Shown piece by piece: positions 11,304 to 23,179 of a stretch of 64,000 bases of DNA (its first letter is position 1; each line of letters opens with the position of its first letter). This DNA comes from Octopus vulgaris (Eukaryota). A model generated the notes under the pieces. It made no database searches. It was not told the DNA's origin and was given only the letters and a program-made list of their open reading frames with translations. Made by a program: the position numbers and the translations under genes. Where the stretch lies: the NCBI GenBank assembly GCA_951406725.2, contig OX597817.1, forward strand, positions 99,076,001 through 99,140,000, in the 5' to 3' direction.

Positions 11304-14300
11304 TGTTACGAAACGGACGGAATCGCCCGCCGTCGTCGCTCGCCCCGAACGGCTCACAAGTTCGCCACGGAACCCAAAGAGGAGAGAGGAGAGATACAAC
11401 AACAACCACAACCGCAGCAGCACAGAGATACAGAGGCACAACCCAGAGAGACACCCAAAAGAGGCACAGAGGCAACAGAGACACTGGCTTATATTTAACA
11501 ACAGTTTATACGACAATCAATGGTTACAACATCAAATACATTTAAGGCAGACATTTAAAGGAAGACATGCACGTGACTACTCAATACATCATACAACAGA
11601 TCAAAGCATAATACAACAGCAATTCAAGAGTACAATTTAAAGTTCACGTCCGAAGACAACAGTTCTCTAAAGTCTCTTCCTAAACATCACAGATAAAGTC
11701 ACATCAACAAGTCCTTTACTCAATTCTGAACATAAATACCACAACTCGATAATCGACATATCGACAGAGTCCTTGACTGTTCTCTTCACTGTTCAATACA
11801 CCGTGACACATATCAATGCACAACACATACCTCAATTCCTAATTGAATCTGCCAGTGTCCCATTCCTCTCAATACTGCTAAATCCTCTGAATACTGCTAA
11901 TTCCCTTCTGTGCCGCCAAGCGTTCTCGCATCCAACTTGCTCCTAAAATTCCAACGCTTCTAAGATTCCATCTACTCGCTCTGACCTCCAGAATCCGACT
12001 GTCTTCTTCGAGGACCGGCCAGCGACTGCAAGATCCGTCTGTGTTCTTCGACGACCGCTCAACGACTGCCAGACCTCACTTCGTCTCTGTCCTTCTTCCA
12101 CTACCTCATCTCCCTCTGTCTATATCGCTCTTACCCTTTCTAACTGCTCTCTTAGCCTTATACTCTATCTCTATTCTCAATCTGTCCCTTACTGCTCTCT
12201 TAGCCTTTCTATTTGCTATCTGATTCCTTACTCTATCTATATCGCCTCAATCTATTACCCTCTCCATCTGTTCTTAGATTCCCTTAATCTGTCCTCCTCT
12301 CTCACTGCTCACTGACCCTCTTCTCAGCCGCACGAGGTCACAGGTCATTCCAAAACCCATCAGTCCTCCATTAGACAAAAGACTGTCACATTTTCACCAG
12401 ACATGATGGTGCCATTATTCCTATGTGGGTCATAAACACTGCACTAGTTAAACCCGTAACACTACCCCCTACCTAAGCTTTTGTCGACCCGACAAAAACA
12501 TACTAAACTCGCACCTCCGAGGGCGAGCTCCAGCAGACTCTCCAGGAACTGGAGGTCCCCTTGGGTGGTTTCTCCTCCGGTGGTCTCACCTCCCACGGCC
12601 ACCACTTCAGCACCAGCCACAGGTTGGCACCTTCCCTCTGCGGCTTGGGCAACACATCCGCCAGGCTTCCTGCTAGCCGCCCACAATAGGCGCACCATCC
12701 GATGAAGTTCCTCAAATCCCTTACACAGGAAGGGTCCGGCCAATCCTTCACAGTGGCCACCTTCCTCAGGGCTCTATAACCCACGTAGCACCTCGCTGTG
12801 CCATCCCCATTCCGCGCAATTATCGCTGACGACCACGGACCATTCCGCTTTTCCACTGTTCCCCGTCGCCGATATCTCCTCTTGCGCTGCCGTACTGGGA
12901 CTTTCCTCCGGCCTCGCTGCTTCCTCAAGCAACGACCGCCTTGGTCGACGAAACGTTCTGCCAGGTCCGTGCGACCAGCATCCAACAACCCTCGCGACCA
13001 ACGTCCTGCACTTTTCACCAACGGTTGCTTCTTCCGCAACTGCATCAGCGGACCACGATCTCCCTTAACTTCATCACTGCACCGGCAGAACTGACCCCGC
13101 CGCTGGTTTACCGTCCGGCGCAGTTCCACGATTTGCCCTCTGCAAATCGCCTGCGCAGCCTTCAATAACTCGGCCGACCCAACCAGCGCTCTGTCAGCTT
13201 CTGCCTCCACCAGGGTCCAGCCGACCCTCAATTGAGCTCTTACTCCGCACTGCATGTCGGGCTCCACCGGCCCCACGCAACCATCAAATACAGAGCTCCC
13301 CCAAGTGCCAACAAAGCACCAGCGACTCCTTGCGGACCGCTTCCTCAACTGCATCCGTGAGCCACCACCTCCTTCAACTGCGTTGCCGTATCGGCAGAAC
13401 TGGCCCCACCACTGGTTCGCCATCGGGCACGATTCCTCGATTTGCCTTCTGCAAATCGCCTGTGCCACTTCCAAAAGATCGGCCGACCCAGCCAGCGCTC
13501 CACCAGCTTCTGCTTCCACTAGGGTCCACCCGACCCTCAATCGAGCTTTCACTAGGCACTGCCTGTCGGGCTCCACCGGCCCCAAGCAACCATCAACCAC
13601 AAAGCTCACCCAACGCTGAAGCAGTCTTCCTGGTCTCGGTGGACCCACCACCGTTCGCAGCCGTCTCGCCTCGTCAACGGGCCTGGCCCTTTTCCTCACC
13701 AGCTTCCGTCCCGCAGGCCTCACAACACACACGCTCGGCCGCCAGTCCATCCACGCCTGTGGCCTCTCCACAGTGGGAACCATACAGTCCCTCTGGGCCC
13801 CAAGAGACAGGAGTCCAGACACCAAAGGACTCGCACACGGCACAACACCTGCCGCGACCATCACACACAGAGCCGGAACCTCGGACTCAGCGACATTCGC
13901 CCCAGACCTCGCCAGCTCTTCGTCCTGAGCTCCGAGAGACAGGGGTCGAGATGCCAAGGGCTCCAGACACGGAACAACAGCATCAGCCATAACACCTTCA
14001 ACAGGCTTTTCGGTTTCCTTAACATCGGGCTCAGCAACATACGCTTCAGTTTCCACAAACACTACCGGTCCAGCATCACAGATTTCGGCAACCAACCCAG
14101 GTTCCGTAACACTTCCTTCACTATCTGTTTCACTCGATGCTTCGTTTGACGGGCAATCTCTGCCCACAGGACCGTCGCTATCCCCGGTCCAACACCGATC
14201 CTCCAAAGCTGACCCATCCGCAACCTCAAGCTCCTGCTGATCTGCCCACAGACCCCGTCGCCTCTTGTCCATTCTTTCCATGAACGCGTCCGTCTGCGCC

Positions 14301-15593
14301 ATCTGGCCCCTCAACATCTCCACAATCAGGGCAAGCGAAATCTCCTCGTCTCCGGTCTGACAACCAGACAAATCCATAGCGAAAAAGAACCGATCGAAAC
14401 GCAGCAATCAGGACAATCCCACTTCTGACACCAGTTGTTACGAAACGGACGGAATCGCCCGCCGTCGTCGCTCGCCCCGAACGGCTCACAAGTTCGCCAC
14501 GGAACCCAAAGAGGAGAGAGGAGAGATACAACAACAACCACAACCGCAGCAGCACAGAGATACAGAGGCACAACCCAGAGAGACACCCAAAAGAGGCACA
14601 GAGGCAACAGAGACACTGGCTTATATTTAACAACAGTTTATACGACAATCAATGGTTACAACATCAAATACATTTAAGGCAGACATTTAAAGGAAGACAT
14701 GCACGTGACTACTCAATACATCATACAACAGATCAAAGCATAATACAACAGCAATTCAAGAGTACAATTTAAAGTTCACGTCCGAAGACAACAGTTCTCT
14801 AAAGTCTCTTCCTAAACATCACAGATAAAGTCACATCAACAAGTCCTTTACTCAATTCTGAACATAAATACCACAACTCGATAATCGACATATCGACAGA
14901 GTCCTTGACTGTTCTCTTCACTGTTCAATACACCGTGACACATATCAATGCACAACACATACCTCAATTCCTAATTGAATCTGCCAGTGTCCCATTCCTC
15001 TCAATACTGCTAAATCCTCTGAATACTGCTAATTCCCTTCTGTGCCGCCAAGCGTTCTCGCATCCAACTTGCTCCTAAAATTCCAACGCTTCTAAGATTC
15101 CATCTACTCGCTCTGACCTCCAGAATCCGACTGTCTTCTTCGAGGACCGGCCAGCGACTGCAAGATCCGTCTGTGTTCTTCGACGACCGCTCAACGACTG
15201 CCAGACCTCACTTCGTCTCTGTCCTTCTTCCACTACCTCATCTCCCTCTGTCTATATCGCTCTTACCCTTTCTAACTGCTCTCTTAGCCTTATACTCTAT
15301 CTCTATTCTCAATCTGTCCCTTACTGCTCTCTTAGCCTTTCTATTTGCTATCTGATTCCTTACTCTATCTATATCGCCTCAATCTATTACCCTCTCCATC
15401 TGTTCTTAGATTCCCTTAATCTGTCCTCTTCTCTCACTGCTCACTGACCCTCTTCTCAGCCGCACGAGGTCACAGGTCATTCCAAAACCCATCAGTCCTC
15501 CATTAGACAAAAGACTGTCACATTTTCACCAGACATGATGGTGCCATTATTCCTATGTGGGTCATAAACACTGCACTAGTTAAACCCGTAACA
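11304..15593 (-). mobile_element. Young non-autonomous LTR retroelement with 1158-bp LTRs
   Basis: LTRs 11304-12461 and 14436-15593 (TGTTACG...CGTAACA), with only one difference spotted by eye. 4-bp TSD ATAC. PBS TGGTGTCAGAAGTGGGAT (tRNA-Leu) at 14417-14434. PPT GGTAGGGGGTAG at 12462-12473. Confidence 0.96.
12503..14377 (-). CDS. Single long ORF (~624 aa from the first ATG) of unknown function with a vestigial, palm-deleted RT at the C-terminus
   Basis: Open across almost the whole internal region. GPWSSAIIARNGDGTARCYVGYRALR (RT N-terminal motif) is joined directly to KVATVKDWPDPSCVRDLRNFIGWCAY (RT thumb). No YxDD. In-frame internal duplications. Confidence 0.65.
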   Translation of the reverse strand: MDLSGCQTGDEEISLALIVEMLRGQMAQTDAFMERMDKRRRGLWADQQELEVADGSALEDRCWTGDSDGPVGRDCPSNEASSETDSEGSVTEPGLVAEICDAGPVVFVETEAYVAEPDVKETEKPVEGVMADAVVPCLEPLASRPLSLGAQDEELARSGANVAESEVPALCVMVAAGVVPCASPLVSGLLSLGAQRDCMVPTVERPQAWMDWRPSVCVVRPAGRKLVRKRARPVDEARRLRTVVGPPRPGRLLQRWVSFVVDGCLGPVEPDRQCLVKARLRVGWTLVEAEAGGALAGSADLLEVAQAICRRQIEESCPMANQWWGQFCRYGNAVEGGGGSRMQLRKRSARSRWCFVGTWGSSVFDGCVGPVEPDMQCGVRAQLRVGWTLVEAEADRALVGSAELLKAAQAICRGQIVELRRTVNQRRGQFCRCSDEVKGDRGPLMQLRKKQPLVKSAGRWSRGLLDAGRTDLAERFVDQGGRCLRKQRGRRKVPVRQRKRRYRRRGTVEKRNGPWSSAIIARNGDGTARCYVGYRALRKVATVKDWPDPSCVRDLRNFIGWCAYCGRLAGSLADVLPKPQREGANLWLVLKWWPWEVRPPEEKPPKGTSSSWRVCWSSPSEVRV

Positions 15594-15759
15594 ATACAAA
15601 ACAGCCACGATTCTAATCACTTAATATGCCGCAAAGGAGGAAAAAAGTCCTCTGCAGTATATTGGGAAGCGAGATTAGTTGATAGCACCTGAAAACAAAG
15701 CAAGGGGAAAAAAATAACTCCGAGGTGGCAGGGAGGGGATTTGTATGTATTTCTGCATG

Positions 15760-15815
<56 letters not shown>

Positions 15816-15957
15816 TATATTTTTTTCTCCTTTGCGGCATATTAAGTGATCAGAATCGTGGATGTTTTTTTATGTTTAATAACTGCTATTTCTAGTATAC
15901 TAAACGACACGTTAAGGACAAGCTGCCTTTCAGTTTATTTAAAACAGAGTATAATAT
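15594..15957. repeat. Short structured repeat family in inverted arrangement, split by the LTR insertion (other part 11214-11303; related copies ~3100-3251 and 7021-7210)
   Basis: 15822-15957 is the reverse complement of 11214-11303 joined to 15594-15650. The copies share GCTATCAACTAAT and/or CTGCTATTTCTAGTATACTAAAC..CACGTTAAGGAC. Confidence 0.8.
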
Positions 15958-15965
15958 GTGTGCGT

Positions 15966-16039
<74 letters not shown>

Positions 16040-16040
<1 letters not shown>

Positions 16041-16233
16041 TAGGTGCAGGCGTGGCTGTGTGGTAAGAAGCTTGCTTACCAAGAAGAAGCTTGTGTGGTA
16101 AGAAACTTGCTTACATAGTTCCGGGTTCAGTCCTGCTGCATGGCACCTTGGGCAAGTGTTTTCTGCTATAGCCTCAGGCCGACCAAAGCTTTGTGAGTGG
16201 ATCTGGTAGACGGAAACTGAAAGAAGCCCATTG

Positions 16234-16274
<41 letters not shown>

Positions 16275-16450
16275 TTATCCCCTCACCATCGATCGCTTGA
16301 TAACTGATGTTAGTGTGTTTACATCCCCGTAACTTAGTGGTTCGGCACAAGAGACCGATAGAATAAGTACTAGGCTTACAAAGAATAAGTCCTGGGGTCG
16401 ATTTGTTTGACTAAAGACGGTGGAACAAATAAAAGAAAGGAATAAAAGAA
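16040..16450 (+). mobile_element. tRNA-derived SINE, abundant family (resembles octopus SINEs)
   Basis: A-box-like GTGGCTGTGTGGTAAG, B-box-like GGGTTCAGTCC, core GGCACCTTGGGCAAGTG, internal microsatellite and A-rich tail. Further copies occur in the window. Confidence 0.85.
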
Positions 16451-16700
16451 TATATATTATTTAATAAACATAATACATGTATTTATGTGTTATTATTAGT
16501 TTCATGTGTGTAATAAACTTGTTCATTATGACATGAGGGTAGTGTGTATGATTTAAGACACTATACTTGTTAAAAACACTGTTTGGTATGCTCTCATCTC
16601 ATGAAACTAATAGTAGCACATAAATACATATATAGTGTTTATTAAATAACATTTAACTCTCATCAGGATTACTTTTTTTACCATCTCGGAACAGTACACC

Positions 16701-16797
<97 letters not shown>

Positions 16798-17001
16798 TTA
16801 GGGAATAAATCCAAACTTACAGGGAAAAATCAGATTTAGGATTGAATCCAATTTTATAGTAAAATATTATATTATATTAAATTAGAGACAAAACCACTAT
16901 TAGGCAAATCATACAATGAAAAACTTAAGCCAATACATAAGATTATTTAATTTATATTATTTAAATATATAACAAAATTATTAAAAAAATATAATTAATA
17001 T

Positions 17002-17069
17002 ATCACTACGATCGTTTCATGGCTGTTAATTTCTTTAAATTTTCAAGTCACAGTCATTCATCAGGTGGT
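17002..17069 (-). ncRNA. Type I minimal hammerhead ribozyme
   Basis: Minus strand: ACCAC-CTGATGA-ATGACTGT...ACAGCCAT-GAAA-CGATCG-TA-GTGAT. Core intact, palindromic stem III. Confidence 0.85.
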
Positions 17070-17740
17070 TTAAATATCAGACTCAATATTCAATAAACCA
17101 TTAAATATTTATTATTTAGTAATAAAATATTTAGTAATAAAATGAACAACCATCTATAATCTAACTATAATTAAAAACAGAACCTAACTAACTAAAATAA
17201 TCTATTATAATAAGTACTACAAATCACCTGGTATATTTATAATACTATTACATAAAACAACAAATAGGGAGCTAATTAAGGCTAAGAAATAATCATTATT
17301 TATCAAGAAATTTATTATATAAGTAAAGTAACTTGTGTCTGCATTTTATTTTGCGCTCATCACAGGTATTCAGTAAATTATCATGCTTATAAAATAAAAT
17401 TTCCTTAAACTCATTAGAGCATAAATAACAAAAATTCGCTCCTATAGTATATGATTTAGTTTTACTAATTATTTCCCAAGATAAATTATAATTAATAAAT
17501 TTCTTGATAAATAATGATTATTTCTTAACCTTAATTAGCTCCCTATTTGTTGTTTTATGTAATAGTATTATAAATATACCAGGTGATTTGTAGTACTTAT
17601 TATAATAGATTATTTTAGTTAGTTAGGTTTTGTTTTTAATTATAGTTAGATTATAGATGGTTGTTCATTTTATTACTAAATATTTTATTACTAAATAATA
17701 AATATTTAATGGTTTATTGAATATTGAGTCTGATATTTAA

Positions 17741-17808
17741 ACCACCTGATGAATGACTGTGACTTGAAAATTTAAAGAAATTAACAGCCATGAAACGATA
17801 GTAGTGAT
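17741..17808 (+). ncRNA. Type I minimal hammerhead ribozyme (inverted copy)
   Basis: Same motif as 17002-17069, but stem III is CGATAG (one substitution). Confidence 0.75.
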
Positions 17809-17967
17809 ATATTAATTATATTTTTTTAATAATTTTGTTATATATTTAAATAATATAAATTAAATAATCTTATGTATTGGCTTAAGTTTTTCATTGTATG
17901 ATTTGCCTAATAGTGGTTTTGTCTCTAATTTAATATATATACATATATATATATATGTGTGTGTGTG

Positions 17968-18021
<54 letters not shown>

Positions 18022-18054
18022 TAGATGTATATATATATATATATATATACTACA

Positions 18055-18630
18055 CATATGAGGAATTCTGTCAGTGGGTGTGTTTGTTCGTGGAATTGTT
18101 AGCAAATCCTCCTACATTGTCTTATCGATTTTGATGAAACTTGACACTTGAGTAGAACTCAGGTCTGGAAACCTCGTGACATACTTAGATTGTTCAAAAC
18201 AAAATCAATAATAGGGCCCCTGGAATGGATCGTTATATCTTCTACATATAACGAATATATCTTATTTAAAGACCCAAGGGAAATAACCCATAGCACCTGC
18301 ACTTACAATTGTCAGTTTTTAGCGAAGCGATCAATATTTGATTCTCACGATCAGCGGACCTAATTCTGCATTTCACTACTTACAGTTTTGATCTGCTAAA
18401 CCTTATTATTGCACTTTCTTGATTTGAATTTTAAACCTTAAAGACTTCATGCAAATTTATATACATACATACTTTTTTGCGCTTATATATAGTACATTTA
18501 TATATTAGCTTTAATAAATTAGCCTTTGATAAAGTTAACCTTTAAAATGCTACGATAAGTAAGAGTATGAATGAGTATTTCTATTTCACAAGCTGCTCTA
18601 ATGCGACAACGGCGATCTCAAGTAAGTCTC
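18055..18630 (+). mobile_element. Possible Helitron/Helentron-derived non-autonomous element
   Basis: Starts after a TA array with a GTTT-type repeat and ATCGATTTTGATGAAACTTG, a motif seen in DINE-1/HINE-like elements. Boundaries are uncertain. Confidence 0.3.
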
Positions 18631-20097
18631 CAATTCATTATATTTGATATTTACTAAATCAAACAATTATTCTTTGTCTATTCTACTTCAATATCTAAAC
18701 AGTTATATACATATTGCTGTAATTAATTTAGACATTGCATGAATAGACATTTTTTCAATATCTCCAAATAACTAAATGCTGGTAATCTATGTAGAGTTTT
18801 CAGTTAAATTTGATTACATTTTAAATGCCCATAACTCCGATAATTCTGCATATAAAAAGACGAGTGACAATGATCTCATCTTTGTGGCTAGGGATTTCAA
18901 TGGGCATGTCGGACGGCAGCTTGGTATCTTCCACGGTGTTCATGGGGGACATGGAATTGGTTCCTGAAATGAAGACAGAACAAGGCTACTGGAGTTCTGC
19001 TTGCCAGATCGATTTCATTCTCACCAGACAGCAGGATGCGTGTCTGGTTGCTCTTAAGTACAAAGACCGTCTTTCATGAAGAATGTAACCTCCACTCCAG
19101 CATAAATTAGTCATTAGCAACTTTAGACTCCATGCCAGAAGGATGCCAAGAAGCAGACCAATCTGGAAAAGAAGGATTTGGAAAGGACCCTTCATATAGT
19201 CAGAGATTTAGGGACATCCTAATTGAGAAATTTGATGAGTGGGAGGAGGAGCTACAAACTTATGACAAAGAGGGAAATGAGAATTCCTGCAGGACATCTT
19301 GCTGAGTGTCACAGACCAAATCTGTGGCCGGTGCAAATTCCTATCCAGACTGAGGGTAACGTGGTGGTGGAACAATACTGTAGACAGGGCCATTAGGGCA
19401 AAGAAACAGGCCTGGAAGAGTAGGGGCAGCAGGGAACTATATCAGATAGCCAGACGAGAAGCTAGGAGACAGGTGTATCTAGCCAAGAGAGAAGCAGAAA
19501 AGAATTTTTCCTATGTTTAGTGTTGTGAAGACCAAAGAACTTAAGTATTTCGGATTGCAAGACAGTGTGTGAGAGAAATGTGTCTGCATGAATGATGGTG
19601 AACTTGCTTTCAATGGGTCTGCAAAGAAAGAGGTTTGGAGATGCCGTTATGAAAGACTGCTGAATGTGGAGAATGAATGGGAGGAGAGTGCCAAATGTTG
19701 ACCCAATTGAGGAACCAGGTACCCGAATCAATAGTACTTTGGTAGATAAAGCAATTAAGGATATGAAGACAGGGAAAGCCACCAGACCATCAGGAATCAC
19801 CACTGAGATGCTTCAAATATCTGGTGGTGTGGGTTATGGTCTAGTCATCCATTTTGTAAATCAGGTGGTTCATGAAGGAGTCATATGCAATGACTTGTGT
19901 AACAGCATAGTCAACTGCTACAAAGGTAAAGGTGATGCCTTAGAGAGAAATAATTACAGAGGTAATGGAAGTTACGGAGAGAGCCATAGCTTAACTAATT
20001 GGGGAGAGAGTTAGTCTAGATGAGATGCAGTTTGGTTTTGTGCCAGGTAGAAGCACCACTGATAAGGCAACTACAGGAGAAATACCTAGACAAAGAT

Positions 20098-21266
20098 TGT
20101 GTGTAGACAATTCGTCAATTGGACAATAAATCAACATGCAAAAGTATTGATCACGGAATTCATCAAAATGGAACGAGGAGGCAGAAAGTTTCTATACAAA
20201 GGGTACGCCTATATTATTCATGGAACCAAGAAAAAAACTTTTTGGAGATGCACAAATTGTAAATTGTGCACTGCTTGACTGATGAAATTAGCATGACTCC
20301 TTCTGAACATGTATATCCAGCTACACCGATTGAAAATCACACTGCAAAGGTTAAGGAAGAAATAAAGCTTCTTTCTGGATGATCTGAACAATTGCTAAGC
20401 TCTATAGTTGAAACCGTAGCTTCCAATATCCCCTTCAGCATTGCTGGATGCTTACTGAACATGGAATCTCTTAAACATACAGTGCGATGGAAAAGACCAG
20501 TTATTAATGGAGATGAATTGTATAAAATGCCAAGAGGTGATAATTTTTTACTATATAGAAATGATGAGGTTTCTATATTTGCTACTTTCTTTATTTGTTT
20601 CAGTCATTTGACTGCAGCTATGCTGGAGCACCACCTTTGGTCGAGCAAATCGGCCTCAGAGCTTATTCTGTGTAAATCTAGTACTTATTCTATCGGTCTT
20701 TTTTGTCGAACCGCTAAGTTACAGGGGCGTAAACACACCAGCATCGGTTGTCAAGCAATGTTGGGGGGACAAACATGGACACACAAACATATGCACACAT
20801 ACACACACATATATATACATATACGACGGGCTTTTTCTAGTTTCCGTCAACCAAATCCACTCACAAGGCTTTGGTCGGCCCGAGGCTATAGCAGAAGGCA
20901 CTTGCCCAAGGTGCCACGCTGTGGAACTGAACCCATGACCCTGTGGTTGGTAAGCAAGCTACTTACCACACAGCCACCAAAAATTTAGAAATTTTATCCA
21001 AGAAAAGTGAATGGTTTTGTAACGGAACGTTTGACTGTGATCCTTTAGGTAAGTAATATCTTTTTATAAAGGATCACAAAGGATCATATTTGCAAACATT
21101 AACCTTTCCCTAATTTTTACTTTGTTTTTAAAAAATGTCAATATATTATTCTTTTGGCAAATTGTCCAATCGGTCAATTGTCCTGCCTGTAAGTTGTCCG
21201 TCAGACAATTGTCTGTTGGCCAGTTGTCTGTCGGCCAACTATCTGTCAATAAATTGTCCATCTACC
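20098..21266 (+). mobile_element. Mutator-like (MULE) DNA transposon remnant with a FLYWCH-like fragment; contains a SINE
   Basis: 9-bp TSD GACAAAGAT/GCCAAAGAT (20089-20097, 21267-21275) inside the RTE. ~20160-20320 reads FIKMERGGRKFLYKGY...TFWRCTNCKLC. 15-bp subterminal TTGTC...GACAA repeats at 21155-21260. Confidence 0.65.
20585..20977 (-). mobile_element. tRNA-derived SINE (same family as 16040-16450)
   Basis: Reverse complement of the same head, core and tail. Confidence 0.85.
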
Positions 21267-22411
21267 GCCAAAGATAAACCTCTATACTTGGCTTTTGTTG
21301 ACTCGGAAAAGCTTTTGACAGGATTACCTTATCTGGTGGTCAATGTAGAAACAAGGGATAGATAAGTGGTTGGTGAGAGCCGTACAAGACTTGTACAAGG
21401 ACGCTACCAGTAAGGTGAGAGTGGGCAACGAGTACAGTGAAGAATTCAGGGTACAAGTAGGGATTCACCAGGGTTATGTGATGCGTATGGATGAGGAAAG
21501 CTGTGCAAAGAAGTGCCGATGTCTAACTGTGGAGGGAAACAGTGGTAGACATGGGACAAGGCGGTGAAGCATGATCCTCGAACTTTGAGCTTCACAGAGG
21601 CAATGACTGGTGACAAAGACCTTTGGTGATGTGTTGTGCTTGAGAGGACCCATCAAGCCAAGTGCACCTGTGTTGGTGGCATGTAAAGAGCATCTTTTGA
21701 GTGTTGGGCCTTGCGATGGCAAAGTGACTGAGTTCCTCTCAAGCATTGGGCCTCACAGAGGTAAAGTGGCCGAGTTCCTCTTGAGTGCTACGCCTCACAG
21801 AGGCAAAGCGGCTGAGTTCCTTTCAAGTGTTGAACCACATGGAGACAAGTTGGCTGACTTCCTCTCGAGTGTTGGGCCTAATGGAGGCAAAGTGGCTGAG
21901 TTTCTGTTGAGTGTTGGGCCTCATGGAGGCAATGACCAAGACCACTGGCATTCTGTCATGCTTGAGATTACTTGTCAAGCTGAGCAAAATTGCAGTTGTA
22001 GCAAACAACTGTCTCACCGGTGTGTGTTTATGTGCCACCAGCACGAGTGCCAATATTGGTGGCGCATAAACACACACCGTTATCACACAAATGGTACCTA
22101 TGCCCGTGGCACGTAAGAGCACCCATTACACTCTCAGAGTGGTTGGTATTAGGTAGGGCATCCATCTGTAGAAAATTGTACCAAGTCTAGTACAGCCTTC
22201 GAGCTGCATCCAACCCATGCCAGCATGGACAACGGACATTAAATGATGATAATGGTGATATATAAAAATATGCAGCAATAGATTCAAGATTTCTCTCTCT
22301 TAGTTTTGTAAAATATTTACAGCTAGAGCACCAAGAAGAGTAACTTGTGTGATAACGGTGTGTGTTTATGCGCTTTTATGTTTTTAAACCAAGGAAAGGA
22401 ATTCCTTCAAA

Positions 22412-22471
<60 letters not shown>

Positions 22472-22474
22472 AGG

Positions 22475-23179
22475 AAGTTTTTTAGCTGCTATTTCTAATG
22501 AGTTCAGTATGCGGCAAAGTAATTTATTTTACTAAGCCCTTTTATATAATGTAATAATTTGAATTCGCCTTAAATGGTCCCTTTGCATACTGAACACTTG
22601 GTGAAATTGATTAATAATTAATTAATTTTACCCTCAATTGTTGAAATTATAATTAATCTCCTCTAATTAATGCTTCGGATTTTACCGAAATAAGCATAGT
22701 GTTTGCTGATTTTAACCCACGCTGGTGGAAAGGGGAGAACAGAAATTCTTCGCTTGCATATTTGAGTTTGTTGGCACTGTTAGTTACGAGCAGATCTTCG
22801 AAAGCGATGAGAAGCCGAAAGGGTATGCTCTCACTTTCAGTGTTTTCAAATCCAAACCAAGGAGTTTCTGAGCTGATGATAGAAGTGTCGTGTTGACTAA
22901 TCTTGAAACGTACGTTCTCAAATAACCTTTGCATTTGATTTTTTGATGAGTTGAGTTGAGCAAACACTATATGAGAGAGGTTTTCTTTAAGTATTAGAAA
23001 TAGTTTTAAAAAAGTTTTTTAGCTGCTATTTCTAATGAGTTCAGTATCGGCAAAGTAATTTATTTTACTAAGCCCTTTTATATAATGTAATAATTTGAAT
23101 TCGCCTTAAATGGTCCCTTTGCATACTGAACACTTGGTGAAATTGATTAATAATTAATTAATTTTACCCTCAATTGTTG

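Larger units (their letters stand above)
16795..17937 (-). mobile_element. 3' end of a Penelope/Poseidon-type PLE with an inverted pseudo-LTR
   Basis: Inverted arms 16873-17317 and 17493-17937. Minus-strand 17296-17502 translates to LSWEIISKTKSY..GANFCYLCSNEFKEILFY...LLNTCDERKIKCRHK*, the C-terminus of a PLE GIY-YIG endonuclease. Each arm has an HHR. Confidence 0.88.
18835..22255 (+). mobile_element. Decayed RTE-clade LINE (APE-RT fragments and 3' tail), interrupted by a MULE
   Basis: DFNGHVG, QIDFIL, TWWWN, KTGKA..PSGIT.EML, CYKGKGDALERNNYRG and LYLAFVD.EK. The 3' UTR has ~39-bp tandem repeats (21695-21930) and a (TGA)n tail. Confidence 0.85.

Noticed and set aside
15846-15925. CGTGG...CACGTTAA resemblance to the start of a pistol ribozyme
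   Set aside because: Only short word matches. Spacing is wrong and the pseudoknot and catalytic elements are absent.
21695-21930. Regular ~39-bp repeats (also ~60-bp repeats at 23480-23760 and 26470-26790) resembling an array or repeat protein
   Set aside because: Degenerate minisatellites in RTE 3' UTRs with no unique spacers or cas genes, in eukaryotic DNA. Not CRISPR.
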